Of a stretch of 64,000 nt of DNA, positions 1 to 13,205 are shown in pieces; position 1 is the stretch's first letter, and the number at the start of each line of letters is the position of its first letter. The DNA comes from Glycera tridactyla. Its lineage: Eukaryota. The notes under the pieces were generated by a model. It searched no databases, was not told where the DNA came from, and was given only the letters and a program-made list of their open reading frames with translations. The translations under genes and the position numbers were made by a program. The stretch lies in assembly GCA_965644265.1 (NCBI GenBank), contig OZ286461.1, positions 109,182,001 to 109,246,000 on the forward strand, in the 5' to 3' direction.

Positions 1-490
1 GGATAACCACATTATAAAATTATGAAACTTCGGTCCGATAATCTATCATTCATGGTCTTTACACTCCCATGTTCGCTTTTGCTGTATATTGAGCGGGTGT
101 GGAAATATCCAGCATTAGAGTGAGAGATCGGCTAGTGAAAAAACAAGATGGCGGCGATTGCTTACATCCGATATCGCCGACTTTCGGCCAAGATTTAACG
201 AGATAAATACATTGAAATCAAGATGTAATACATGTAGTCGATGGGGAATTTTGTTTTCTTCATAACTCAATGTATATGGTGAATGAAATCTGACAATTGA
301 CTTGGCATCCATCGATTGTTGCGCGATCGATTGATCATGGCGCCAACGAACGATCGGTCGTGCGCGCAGCGCTATCGGCCGATGGCGCCGATCGGCCGAT
401 GGCGCGTAACACTGTCACTGTATTCGATTAAACCACTCGCTGATGAGCGACCACTTCTTGTATGAGACCCTGATGTGATTAAGATTTCCA

Positions 491-1996
491 GTCATCTCGG
501 GCCGCTACCATTACCACCCACTCAGTGGTCATTACCGCCCGCTGTGATATTCTTTGCCGCACACTTACGTCACGCACGCTGCACATCTTGGGTAATCCAC
601 CTAGCAACTCACGGCAGCCATTTTCGTGACCGCAAACGAAGAGCTGTCATCGGCCGTCCCTCAATGTGTTACAGAACATCACTTGAGAAAAACCATGATA
701 ACTTTCGAACCACTCGACCGAATTCTATCATTCAAAAACTAAATTAAAGATGAACTAATTTTCTATGGGTTTGTGAGGTTTGAATGTGATTGATAGAGGG
801 ATTGCTGAGCAATCAGAGAATGATTTCAGCAAAAATATATACGGCAATTCAGCGTACCAAGCCAGCCATTACGATGCATTACACGGTGATTTGCCTTACT
901 AATATCTTGAAAAGAATACAGTTACCTGAGTGAAGAACCATTTATCATGAAAGGGTGACTGCTTAACAGTGAGTAGTGTCAGCAGCGGGAGGGATTAGCA
1001 GGGACTGCCGAGAAGCGTGAACTATTGATGTCCACTTCAAAGCCTAGTCAAAGGTAGGCGTAGATTCCCGCACATTCCGTGTTTCTATGTACCAACTTAC
1101 GATTTTTTGATGCAGAATATCTGGGGAACCGCTAATGCTATCATTAAACCGAAAACTGTTCTGAAATCATGATGTTCGAAAGATTAGGTGGTGTGAGTAT
1201 GAGGTTTATCCCTGAATTGTTTCAAAACAAAAAATCAGTGTAAAATCTTGAATTTACGGCAAACTTTCGGCAATCCTTGGGTTGAAAATGTTGCCCAGAC
1301 GAGACTAATGTTTGATTTTTTCGTCTTGAATCCAACATCAAAACATTCGGTCATATGTCTGCTTCATCTGCCAAAGCTTTATTGAACATGATACCCCCAG
1401 TAACTTAAGAAATAAACAAATTAGCATCCTCTCCCTCCATCGTGCATTGGGTTTGACAGCTCCGCTTGCGGTCTTAAAAATGGCCGCGGCCATAACTAAC
1501 GGGTCCGAGCATGCGCATTGGTGATCTGTGCGGCAAAGAATGGCCCCATACAACCTCAGGCTAACCAAATTATTACCAGAGATACTGCCATTTGTGTTTA
1601 TATTGTCAAATACAGGATTATTTCACATTTTAAAGCATATTGGGCCACTTAGCAAGCAAGGGCGCATGCAGACTGGATCCTGGTGATGTGCCAGCACAAC
1701 GATTGAGGGTTCCCGGGCAGGCTGATTGCCACCTTGCGGTCTTCCGAGCCCCGTGCTAAGAGCTCAAATTGTTGAACAAGATTGTTTTCATACTGATCCC
1801 AACAATCAAATTTGATGAAACTTCTCAGATCGATAGATTTACTTACTGGGTAACACTGCATGAGATTGCTATCAAGATATTTGAAGTTTCTCAGTTATTA
1901 TCGTCACGGAAGAGGAGGCCCGACATGCGTGTTGAGTGCGTGCGTTGTACCGGGATGATTAGGTAGCGGGCCGGAATGACCGCGGCCCGAGATGAC
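491..1996. mobile_element. Candidate 1.5-kb non-autonomous DNA element bounded by a perfect 15-bp inverted repeat
   Basis: GTCATCTCGGGCCGC (491-505) / GCGGCCCGAGATGAC (1982-1996). CAGT-MITE-like sequence (TTCTTGTATGAGACC) lies on both outer sides. No TSD found. Confidence 0.45.
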
Positions 1997-2871
1997 CTGA
2001 TACCCTTCTTGTATGAGACCGCTTTCTGGTGATATTTATGTCAATCTGATTTCAGGTTTTACTATATGGAAATGTTCCTATTCAGGGATGTTCTGCTGAT
2101 ATTTTGTCAGTCATACAAAGATTGTTGATGCGCACAATATATCCCACATCATTTCATGCCCAGTTTCAATTAATGTGACATTAACCTCCACTATTCTGTC
2201 ATTCAGGAAAAAAACAATAATGGGTTATCTAACCAGATCATACGTAACATGTTGATTGGTGGGCGGCACACCGATCAACGGACCGTTCCGTCGATTGAGG
2301 GCAGAAAGGGAACCATTTTTTCACTCATGCACGCAAACTTCCTGTTTGATGTCGTCGGCCGCAGGAAGCAAACGATCAAAGACAACAATCCAATGAATGC
2401 GAGTGGTTGCATTACGCTTTGTATCGCGTATGTCAGCATAAATTGGGGGCATACTACGTGAAGATTTGGCCTGCCCACCGATTGGCGTGTTGCCCCTGGC
2501 CTGCTAACTGAAGCAGTTGTCAAAATGTGTAAAGCCACAAACCCACCTGTCCATTTTTCGATGTCAGAATTCTGAAGGCTATCAGAATTCTGACAAAAGT
2601 GAACACACCTCATCAGTTTTTCAGCCAGTCAGAATCGCACAGACACCCTCATTTCATCCAGAAGTACATGCTTATCAGCGTCCGAAGGCCGTCAAAATCA
2701 CTCACAGTTTGAATGATTCGGATGTGGATAAGGATTCGGACAGGTGTGTTCGGCAATGGTTCAAACATACAAGAGCGATTTTTTCTGATGGCTGTCCGAA
2801 TTCGTATCCGTCAAAAAAAAAAGAAAAGGTGTGCTCGCTGCTTTATCCCTCTGTTTTCTTTCAGATCAGAC

Positions 2872-4830
2872 ATGGAGGGTAGAAGATATATTGTGATAGG
2901 GATCATGGTGGCATCCCTGGCTGTATTGGAGAATATTCAAGTGGAAGAACAGGAAGTTCTCATTGTGGAAAAGACTGTAGCAATGCAGCGACCCCGTGCC
3001 AAAATCTTCCAGTTCCTAGCAGATATGAGAAATTATGCACAGGTTTGTTCACAGTTTCATTTGGGTTCAATGTATCGTAACATGTAGGCATGGGTGATCA
3101 GATTCTATGCATTGTGGTTGAAACCATATTGATATGGAATTTTAATTCATATTTGTAGATTTACATTTGTGGTGTTACTAAAAATAGACAGTTCAGCATG
3201 TGATTAAGATATGATAAATCAACCAAAATATGTGTTATACCCCTAACCAGCACGCTTTTGTCTTTGACATAGAGTGCATAGAGTGCATGTTTCAGCTTGA
3301 GGAAGCCATGTATCAAGACAATGGATCCCTGAATCATTCCAATATTTTTGGTGATTGCAAAATTGATTCTCAGTCCACATTGTGTTGTGGTGAATTTAGA
3401 CCTGCATGTATGTGATAACACTGATCCTGTCCACTTGTGAATCAAACAATTCATTAATCCAGTCCACTATATTATGTTGCACAAGACAACACATGTATTT
3501 TTGCCACATTGGAATAGTCAGGCATACCTCAGCCACAGGGTGGTCTTTCATGAATTCTCATTTCTTTTCCAGTGGTTTCCAGGAGTACTGCGATTTGAGC
3601 CGACTGATACGGCACCAATGAGCACTGGGAAACATTTCCAGGAGGTCCATTATATACCTGTATGGGGTAAGTCCTGCTCAATCAACTGGATTTTGCAGAA
3701 TAAAGACTGTCCATGAACTTTTGTGTAGTTACGTACAGTGAAACCTGCGACGAGAGACCACCCTAAATGTCACCAAAGAGTGGTCTCTCAAACAAGGTGG
3801 TCTCTCATCAAAGATATATTTGAATATTTCAAATAGAAAAGGTGCCCTGGAAAAGCTGTCTCTCTCATAGGAGGTGGTCTCTTGTGGGGGGGGGGGGGGG
3901 TCTCATCGCATGCTTCAGTGTGAACAGTGTGCTATTCGGCCAACTATCATGGACAGTGAGACCTGTGATGGCATTTTGATGGCATTGCTTCTGTTTGAAA
4001 TTCTTACTGCTACTATTTTTCTTTATTGGAGGCTGGCATCTTCGTTCTACTCAATGTGTTTCTGTCTGATGTGGAGTTGGCCCTGTTTTGGGTTTTTTTC
4101 AGGAGAGCATTCATATGACAGTGTGATCACAGGGTATGAGTCTCCCTCATATGTCAGCTGGTACTGTGACTCCTGGTTTGAGGTGCGCAATGAAGTCAGT
4201 GTTCAGCGTTCAGACTCAAATGCAGCATCAACCATTGTTACTCTCCGCCAGTATTCTCGAAAGAATACAGTACTGTTTCAGGTGATACATTATTATATTT
4301 GCCAGCTGCCCCAAGGTATTTTTAAGGGATTCAAATCTTTTTCACAGAGACAAAAATCATTAAATCCTTATTGTCATCTAATGGCAACACATTTGTCCAC
4401 AACTTGTCCAATTTGTTTGCGCAGTTAACCAGCTATAGTCGTTTGAGGGGGACCTTCTGTTCTCTGTTTTGTTGGGTTAAATTCTCACATGAAAAAAGAG
4501 GTATTTTATTTGTTAAAATATCAGCATCCACACTGCATCAATTGATATCTCACCAACTATGATCCATCGTCCTTGATCATGTTGAAAAGCATTTACAAAC
4601 GAAAGTATTGATGATATGCCAAATTTTACATTAGCGATTTCGACCTCATGGATTCCACTGTGTCTTCTTCTAGTCAGTATGATTTTTTTCTGTCACTATG
4701 TTGCTAGACCTTTGTCCATGATATAATGATTTTTTTTTTTCAGTATGGAGTGTTACCACTTATGCGTCACTTTTTGTCACAGAAAGCGAGACATGCCATG
4801 TTCAACCTACGATTTCTAATGGAAGCTTGA
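2872..4830 (+). CDS. SRPBCC/START-like (polyketide cyclase/dehydrase-fold) protein with N-terminal hydrophobic signal/anchor; join(2872..3042,3573..3666,4103..4281,4744..4830), 176 aa
   Basis: Four exons with canonical GT-AG sites and consistent phases (0,1,0) give one ORF: MEGRRYIVIGIMVASLAVLENIQVEEQEVLIVEKTVAMQRPRAKIFQFLADMRNYAQ|WFPGVLRFEPTD...|GEHSYDSVITGYESPSYVSWYCDS...|YGVLPLMRHFLSQKARHAMFNLRFLMEA*. The 'E.TV...RP...IF.FLAD..NY..WFPGV' pattern and C-terminal helix are typical of SRPBCC domains (pattern recognition, no HMM run). Confidence 0.8.
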
Positions 4831-5504
4831 AACATTCTATACTCTCCAGTCAAGGAGGCTGAGTTGGATCAGCTAGGAGGCTGTGATGAATCCGTCCATG
4901 GGGGACTATGCTCGCAATCCTCTTAACATCACTTGATTGATCTGATATGTTGGCTGCTCCTGTTCCATCCATGTTATGCATTAGCAAAGTTTGAAGGCCA
5001 CATAGTGGCATCTGTGTCTGTGTCGACATGAATGATACCCTATTTGACATTATCGAGGTAATTAGTTGGATAGGTGACTAGATATTCCCCTAAATTTGAA
5101 ACTTGTTGCTTGCGACTTTCAAGATTCATTTGAAGTTGTGCAATATCACTGGAAATGCCACTTTAAGGGTTCAGTCTAGTGGACCTGTTTTGCAGCCCCC
5201 ATGAATGATTCTAGAGCATTGCTACCTGTCATGTGACATGAAGTCAGACCTGTCCTAAGTGTGCATCTAAGGGTATGCTCAAAAGTGTAGTTGGAACAAG
5301 TGAATTGACATAAACATACCTTGGCAGGATAAACATGGGACAGTTGCTTGAGATAGGTTTCTGTCTAGTGAATGGCATTTTCATGACAGGTTTGACTGAA
5401 CCATTTCTCAGCTTGTCTCAGAATACTGGTTTTGGGACTTTGCCTCGTAGGTTTTAGATGCCCGAGTGACACACCATTGATGTCATCAGATATTCTAGAC
5501 TGAT

Positions 5505-5705
5505 CAGGGCTCTACACTAAGGGCTGCCCTCACTGACACAGGCTGGTAGATATCTTGTTAGGGCCAGTAATTATATCAGTCTGCCTGTCCAGTGGGCAGG
5601 TACCTAACCCTTATTTAGTCCATGATTATATGCAGGGGGGCAGGTGAAAATCCCATCACACCCGTCTGAAGGAGATGTGAAGAAAAACATTAATGTATAG
5701 CCCTG
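5505..5705. mobile_element. hAT-like MITE
   Basis: TIR CAGGGCTCTACACTAA / TTAATGTATAGCCCTG; no TSD recognised. Confidence 0.55.
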
Positions 5706-6070
5706 ACATGTTTCTCTTTGGATAAAAGGCAATAGAGAATGATGAGGATTATTCATTGATGTTGTTAGAATTCAGAGATGTGTCTGACAGATTCCTCATT
5801 ATCAGTGTTCAGGGTCTGTTGAGCACATCTCAATATAGCCCATTACTTGAGCTGACAAGACAGTGAGTGTCCAACAAACAATCATCTACACTCAAGGATG
5901 AACTGCTTACACACCTCTGAGTGACCAATAACTGTGTACTTCAGAGTCACAGAAAGTCTACTAATGAAAATATATGTACATGATGGATTGTATTTGTCCG
6001 ACATAGGTGTGTCTACAGAACTCTGTAGCCCAATGTGGATATGAATTATGAGTATGGCTCACTCGTATAT

Positions 6071-6259
6071 CAGTGGTGCAAGTTTTGAGGAAATTTCCTG
6101 AATTCGGGAAATTTGTGACCAAATTCAAAATCAAAAAGTTCCTGGAATCAGGCTGAAAGCTTCATGTCTGGTGCTTTTGAAACGGGGAGGGGGGGGGGGT
6201 AGTCTCAAGAAATTTGGTCGGGTTTCTAGAAAGTCTGTTTTAGTGCACTTGCATCATTG
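6071..6259. mobile_element. hAT-like MITE
   Basis: TIR CAGTGGTGCAAGT / ACTTGCATCATTG. Confidence 0.5.
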
Positions 6260-6788
6260 ATATATACAGAAAAAAGCCATACATGTACAATGGAGCACTG
6301 TAAATCAAATATCACGGCGAATCACTTGGACATCCTGTCTGCAGCTTTATTTGAATCTATTCATCACATTCCCTTGTCACTGCTGAATTTACATTCTAAA
6401 ATATGTAATTGGTTATCATTTTGCACTTTCAATCGTCTTATTTGCTTTGTGCAATTCTCATTCGTGAGATGTTACTGACCAATATTCCTGCTGTTATTGT
6501 CTTTTTGGTTCACTGAACAGAGCATAATCAGAATGCATTGATGAGTTATTCCATGAACCTAATGTATTTACTTGTTTTAAGTACTGGTACTTTGCTTTGT
6601 GTGACTGCATTACTTCAGACTTGAGTATTAGCCACCAATCAAATAGTTCTTAAATGTGTATGTTGACAACATATCATGTGTAAATATCATGATGTTGGGG
6701 ATATAGGGAAATGAATTAACAAGTCAAATATCATTTTCAAAAAGATATGTAATTCTTTGGGTTGATACATGCAGTTAAATATCATCTG

Positions 6789-6819
<31 letters not shown>

Positions 6820-9460
6820 GATACAGTTGAACCTACCCTAACCATGCACTAATAAGCAAGAACCTTTCTTAAGCAGCCACACTGAATTCATCCCTTCATC
6901 ACTTTAGTTTCCTGCTACTTTCACAGCTCAAGCATATCTAGTATCCAAACATGTTTGAGAATAAACTCGTCATCACTCATATAACCCAGGTTGAAGAGAT
7001 ATTAAACATTGATCAATCAATCCATCAATCAATTCTTCAACAGTTGCTCTTACTTATTGTGTTAACCTGCTTTTGACAGATTTCTCGAGTGTTATGAATG
7101 GTGAGAAACAAAATTTTCACATTGCTTCCAATATGATTTCTAGTCAATACTTGTATAATCAGCAAGTCTCAAGCACTGGTCACATTCTTCATGTATTGAC
7201 AATGTGAATGAACATTGGTCCAAATCACTTCCAGCGGTCACATAATCTATCACCAGCATTTTCCTTTGGCCACTACAATCTACCATTAAGTGAATAAATG
7301 ATGTAGATTTAACAGTTCTCATTATGATCACTACATATTTGTTCATCGCAAGAACATACATGACAACCAGTGCAAGAAGCAATTGTCAATAGTTTAAATT
7401 GGTTTCAATAAGAAAAATGAGGGTCACATAAAAAGTGGAATAAAATGTGAGTTACATTGTCAGATATGGTATCCTTGGAATAATTTGTATTGATGTATGT
7501 AGGTAGAGGTGTGTCTGAACTAACAGTGACTGCCTCTTGCATGCCTGCTGGCTCCCCGTCATCTTGTACTCGGGGCTTGTGAGAGAGATGCGTGCAGAGG
7601 GCAGCGCAAAGATAATGGTGCATACATAATCACAACCACCAAACCAAGAGATCAGTGAAAAGAAATGGAGCCTTTTACCTGTGATTACATGCTGTTGCTG
7701 GAAATAACATAATTCCTACCATATCAACCTTGTATTGGAAGCTTTTATCATCAGTAGATCTGTTCCACACCTCAAACAATGGTTACTGGCGGATGAAGGA
7801 GTGAGGATGTGTCCCAAAAGCTCCAATTTCCCAGCTTACCGTGAGAACTGAGAATGTGGTATTCTCATAGAATTTCCTTTGAATACTTATTCACATTTCT
7901 TGGTGATTTGAATGATATTGCAGAATGGTTCATGAGTTTGTTTGTGAGTGAGGAGTGTTATTGAGAGTTGTCTGTCACTAGTCATTAGGTGTGGTGTGCA
8001 TGATGGTAGCTTTTGCTACAATTCACTTCTACTTTTGTTATGTTTTGATACACAGCTTTATTTTTTATTGTGAATAAAATATATTTGAAATGAATATGAC
8101 TGTCTCCTTGCTTTTCACATAAAGTTGGCACTTTGTAATTGAACACATTGGTTGAGTATTCTCCAAACCTAATGCTTTTCCTTGTGTCAAGTGCTGCAAT
8201 TTGCGAGAAAAAAAGCATTGCTATCAGGCTCGAGTGTCAGCTTCCAGCCAGTTACATAGTTGGATATGGCATCGTCAGGTTCATTATGTTCATGTTGTGT
8301 AGTAAGGGGTGTGTCAGCTACTTCCACTTGACAACCTGTCAGGTTCTCCATCATCTTGTGTTCAGGGTTTGTGAGAGTGATGTCTATAGGGAAGAGAACA
8401 TCTAGCTTTCATTAACCAGAAACACAGGCATCCATAACCCTAGTGTTGATACATGCCATGAAACCTCAAATAAACAACAACAAAACCGGTGGTAATCACT
8501 GAAGAAATACTGGTTTGATTTGTAATTGTTGGCATCACATGGATGTCAACAATAACAAATTTGGGTTGGTAGCCAAGGCGTCAAAGGTCTCAGATGGCAG
8601 CAACCAATGGGTGTGGGTCCTTCACTGTGATGTGTTGCCAGTGGAGATGAGTTGGCCTCGTGTAGCATAAAGTGAAACAAGAGACCCCCTGGCGATTACC
8701 ACCTCCAATAAGAGACCCCTTTTCCAGGGCAGCTTTTCTATTTGACATAGTTAAGTATATTTCCAACCACCTTTTGAGAGACTACTTTTTGGTGACAGGT
8801 AGGACGTTGTCATCACAGGTTTCACTGTATAACATTTTGGTGGAGTGAGTCAAATTGAACGTAGCTCTGACACATCTATCTCTGTATTCTCTTCTATGAT
8901 TAGATTTATTATGAGGTTTCCTCCTTCACATCTCTTATACCCTTCTGAGCTTGACATTAATTCTGCGAATAACATAAGGTAGCATGCTTTTCACCACGCA
9001 CAAAATAGGTAGCAGATTCACCAGTTCAATGTTATTAGCAGTGTCGCAAGGTTTACTAGAAGTTGGCACTTTAAGAAGGGATCTGGAAAGAGGGGACGTG
9101 AATGATCCCACCCATGCCAATTGCACTGGCATCTCGCAATTGCTAGTACTCTATCTTACCATGGAAGATACGCAATCACAATACATGTACTTTGGGGATG
9201 CACTTTGACGATGCTGAGGTCCGTTTCGGGATTTGTAGGGAAGTCCTGAAATTCCTGCCACTATCCGAAAAGCACCCATGGTTGTGGCCCAGACCCTATA
9301 ACTGATGCTGCACAAATTGAGTAAACTTGTGGGATAAGACAAACCATCAATTATAATTCTATCTAAGACTTTATTATAACTGGATAGTGAAACTGGCTTC
9401 ACGAGTGGTCCATCTCAAATATTAGTACATTGCATTGCTGAGTACTATGACGGTACGTAA

Positions 9461-12400
9461 TCATCTTTCTTCAAAAAAGGAATCAATCCGCCACAGTTCC
9501 TGCAACAACAAAAACGTATATTCCGGATATACACTAGCATATGTGGTAGATGACAAATGAGTACAAAGTGTGGTGGAAAACTAAGTGCTCCCAAGAGGTG
9601 TTAAAATAGATGACGTGCCTTGCTACATTATTTGATTAATTCCTAGCTGAGTTGAAGCACGGTGATGTATCTGTAGTTTCATTCGACGGAAGACAATGTT
9701 TTCGATAATTCCTCAAATTTGAGCCAGTTGGTTCAAAAGTCGGTTCTTGTGCTTATTTCAGAGATGTGATTATCCCACAGATTTATGCGTATTCGGGTTT
9801 TCAAGGTGGTCGAAATCAGAGCGCATACAGTTAGTGGAGATAGGGCAGAGAATAATCAGATGATTTAGCAGTTATATGAAAACAGTGGAGATGGGCTTCA
9901 CACATTTTTTTCTGTGTTCTTTGATGTGGGTCAGTCAGATCCCTGATATATCTACCATGGTAAAATATGTCGTCCTGAGACAGAGATCTCACCCTGGGGC
10001 AGAAATGACACCTTCGGGCCTCGTGGGTGCCCGGGGAAGAATAGGCCCCACGTTTCCCTACGTGTCGTAAGAGGCGACTAAGTGGGCATCCCAGAAATGA
10101 CACCTTGAGTGTCTGTGAATTTCATAAATGTTCACCACCACCCATACCTATTGCATGGGCGTCACAATATAGCCCAGATGGTGCTGACGTGACATTAAAC
10201 CAGGACCAACTGACCAATAACACCTTGAGTAAATGTCAATTTCATAATTTTCGCCTGGAACTGACGTGACATCAAACCTACCAACCAACCACCAGGTATT
10301 GGGGTGACTTGCAGGTCGCCAGGGGGATATGGAGGTCATTTGCACTAGAATATGACATTCCTGTCCAAGCCACGGGCAAACCTGTCGTCGTCGTCGCCCT
10401 CGTTGCAAATTCCATCATCCCATCCCTCAGATACCAATCGACATCTTGCATATCTGCGTTTTATCTTGCCTTTGTGTCATTTTATACAGGCACAGGTATG
10501 TCTTGACTGTCGAGGTACCAAAATATGCACCTTGAGTGTCTGAACTCCCGTCAAGTGTTACCTCCTGTTAAGGGCACAGCGGGATGAATCTCGATTAGTC
10601 CTACCCATTGCAATCACATATGCGTTTCTATGTAGCCTGTATGGTGTTCACGGGGCGTAAAACAACCAACTTGTCACCTACTGTTGGGGTCACAGGAGAA
10701 GGAATCTCGGATGACCCCACCCATGCCCAGTTACGTGTGCGTCTGGCGACCCGGCGAACTGATTCCACTATGGAACGCAGTGGCGAAAAAATGACACCAT
10801 GTGAATCAATCCCATGTTCACAGTGTAACATTGTGGTCGACACTATGGAAAAATGACACCCTGTGTGTCTGAATTTCATAAATGTTCTCCTGTTGGGACC
10901 CAGGAGGACGAGTTTTGAATGACCCTGTCCACGTCCATTGCATGGGCGTCACAAAATAGCACTGATGTGGTGTTAAACCAGAAAAAAACAAACCGACCTC
11001 AGCAGTTGGATATTTCCAGCTGTTATTTTTACAGTCGACTCAAAATATTGTACTAACCAAGTAGCGATTTTTGTCGTAGTGGAAGAACTGTTTGAAAGTA
11101 TCTGATGGAACTTGTTCATACGTGTAGTAAACCTTCTCTTTCCAGCGTGATCGTGATAATTTGGAGAGGCATCGCATGAAGTGCGTGTAGGGTGGGGACG
11201 CCACGTCTCGGTCCTCCAGTGTGAAGTTGAGTCTATTGAAATGGGCGTGAACACATCATAAGACAAGCGATACATCCATTCATAATACAGTAAAACCTGC
11301 TATAGTGAAATCCTGTCTACAGTGAAAAGAAAAATCTGGCCCGAACGTTTTTTTTTCACTATAAATAATCTGTATATAGTGAAATCCTGTCTACAGTGGA
11401 AATAAAAATCTGGCCCGTGACTTTCCACTATAGACAGGTTTTACTGTATATGCAAACAAACAACCTTCTGTTAGGCACCCAGAAGGAGGAGTCTTGAATG
11501 ATCCCACCCATGCCCATTGTATGGCGTCACAATATAGCACAGATGGAGCTGACGCGACGTTAAACCCCAACAAAACAAACGAACANNNNNNNNNNNNNNN
11601 NNNNNNNNNNNNNNNNNNNNNNNNNNNNNNNNNNNNNNNNNNNNNNNNNNNNNNNNNNNNNNNNNNNNNNNNNNNNNNNNNNNNNNNNNNNNNNNNNNNN
11701 NNNNNNNNNNNNNNNNNNNNNNNNNNNNNNNNNNNNNNNNNNNNNNNNNNNNNNNNNNNNNNNNNNNNNNNNCCCTAAAATGTCGGAGCAACATGGCAGA
11801 TAGCCATGAAAAAGGATATTCTCCTTTTATGAAATATTGGGGGGTCACAGTCTTACATAGCCTCGTATCCAAATTCATAACAAAATTAAGACTATGACCC
11901 CTAACGGGGTAGCCGTGACCCCAGCGCCTTGACCAGTGTCCCAGGACCCCATACAAGGGGACCGACTCTACCTGCTACACCGTGGTGGGATCAAAGACCC
12001 AGTGGGTAAACCAAAAATGTTGGTAAATATTTGAAATATATCTTTCAAAAATATGAACAGCTGTGGAAAATCCTACAGCTTGTTTTAGGATCAAAAATGG
12101 ATCCGCAAAAATCCAATACAAGTAAGCGCAGCTTAAGGAGGGATACAGAAAATACTGGACCCCTCGGTGCACCAGTGGAGCACTATTGGATATTTTTTGG
12201 CCGAAAATCAAGACAATGAGTGCCTGATGAGGGACAATGCTCCCGAAACCGAGTATCATGGCGGGGCCACATTTTTGTGGTTAATTAAAGACCACTGAAA
12301 TACCCCATAGGGCTGTTGTACCTGTTTGGCAGTCAGGAGATGCAACCTATGAAGTGTCATCAAAAAGATGGGATTTTATTTTGGAGGCCTGCAGCCCGTG

Positions 12401-13122
12401 ACGTCACGTAACTCGGGACGCCACCGCTAGTTACCATGGAGCGTTGACACTGGCTTTATAAGGCGCCGCGCGTGACGTACGCGTCAATCGGTCGCACAGT
12501 CTTCGCAGACGTCGCCTCGTATTCCGAAAAAAAAAAAATATATATATATACATATATATATATATACATATATATATGTATATATGTGTGTGGGGGGGGG
12601 GGGTAGANNNNNNNNNNNNNNNNNNNNNNNNNNNNNNNNNNNNNNNNNNNNNNNNNNNNNNNNNNNNNNNNNNNNNNNNNNNNNNNNNNNNNNNNNNNNN
12701 NNNNNNNNNNNNNNNNNNNNNNNNNNNNNNNNNNNNNNNNNNNNNNNNNNNNNNNNNNNNNNNNNNNNNNNNNNNNNNCATGATTTGTGGATGCTTCCTA
12801 CCGTTTTTCTAAGCTGATGAAACAGACTTTGGCAGGGCGATCCGCCATCAACTGATGTATCGTCGCGAAGAGTGCATCCGTCAAATCTTCATCATAGACG
12901 ACTGAAAGAGGAGCGAGATACTAAAACAGACATACCAATACCGGTGATTGACAATAGCCAGGAGATGCCACCACCCGGACAAGGCTGAGAGGTGGTTGAA
13001 TATATTGGGAATAGTCCGGATCTCACCCACATAAAAACCTCGATGCAGGTGGTAAGAAAATATAGCCATTTCCTCACATGTTACAAATATGCTGCGGTCA
13101 TTTGACGACGTATAAATTGTGC

Positions 13123-13205
<83 letters not shown>

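Noticed and set aside
890-1250. Minus-strand exon-like segments with GTAAG/GTAAC donors
   Set aside because: All frames hit stops, and they lie inside the candidate TIR element.
5737-5800. C/D box snoRNA-like ATGATGA...CTGA
   Set aside because: Too short, not clearly intronic and without a terminal stem; better explained as a small imperfect hairpin.
7140-7382. ORF with faint resemblance to a FANCL/RWD-type segment
   Set aside because: Similarity is a few residues, it uses an alternative start, and no compatible flanking exons were found.
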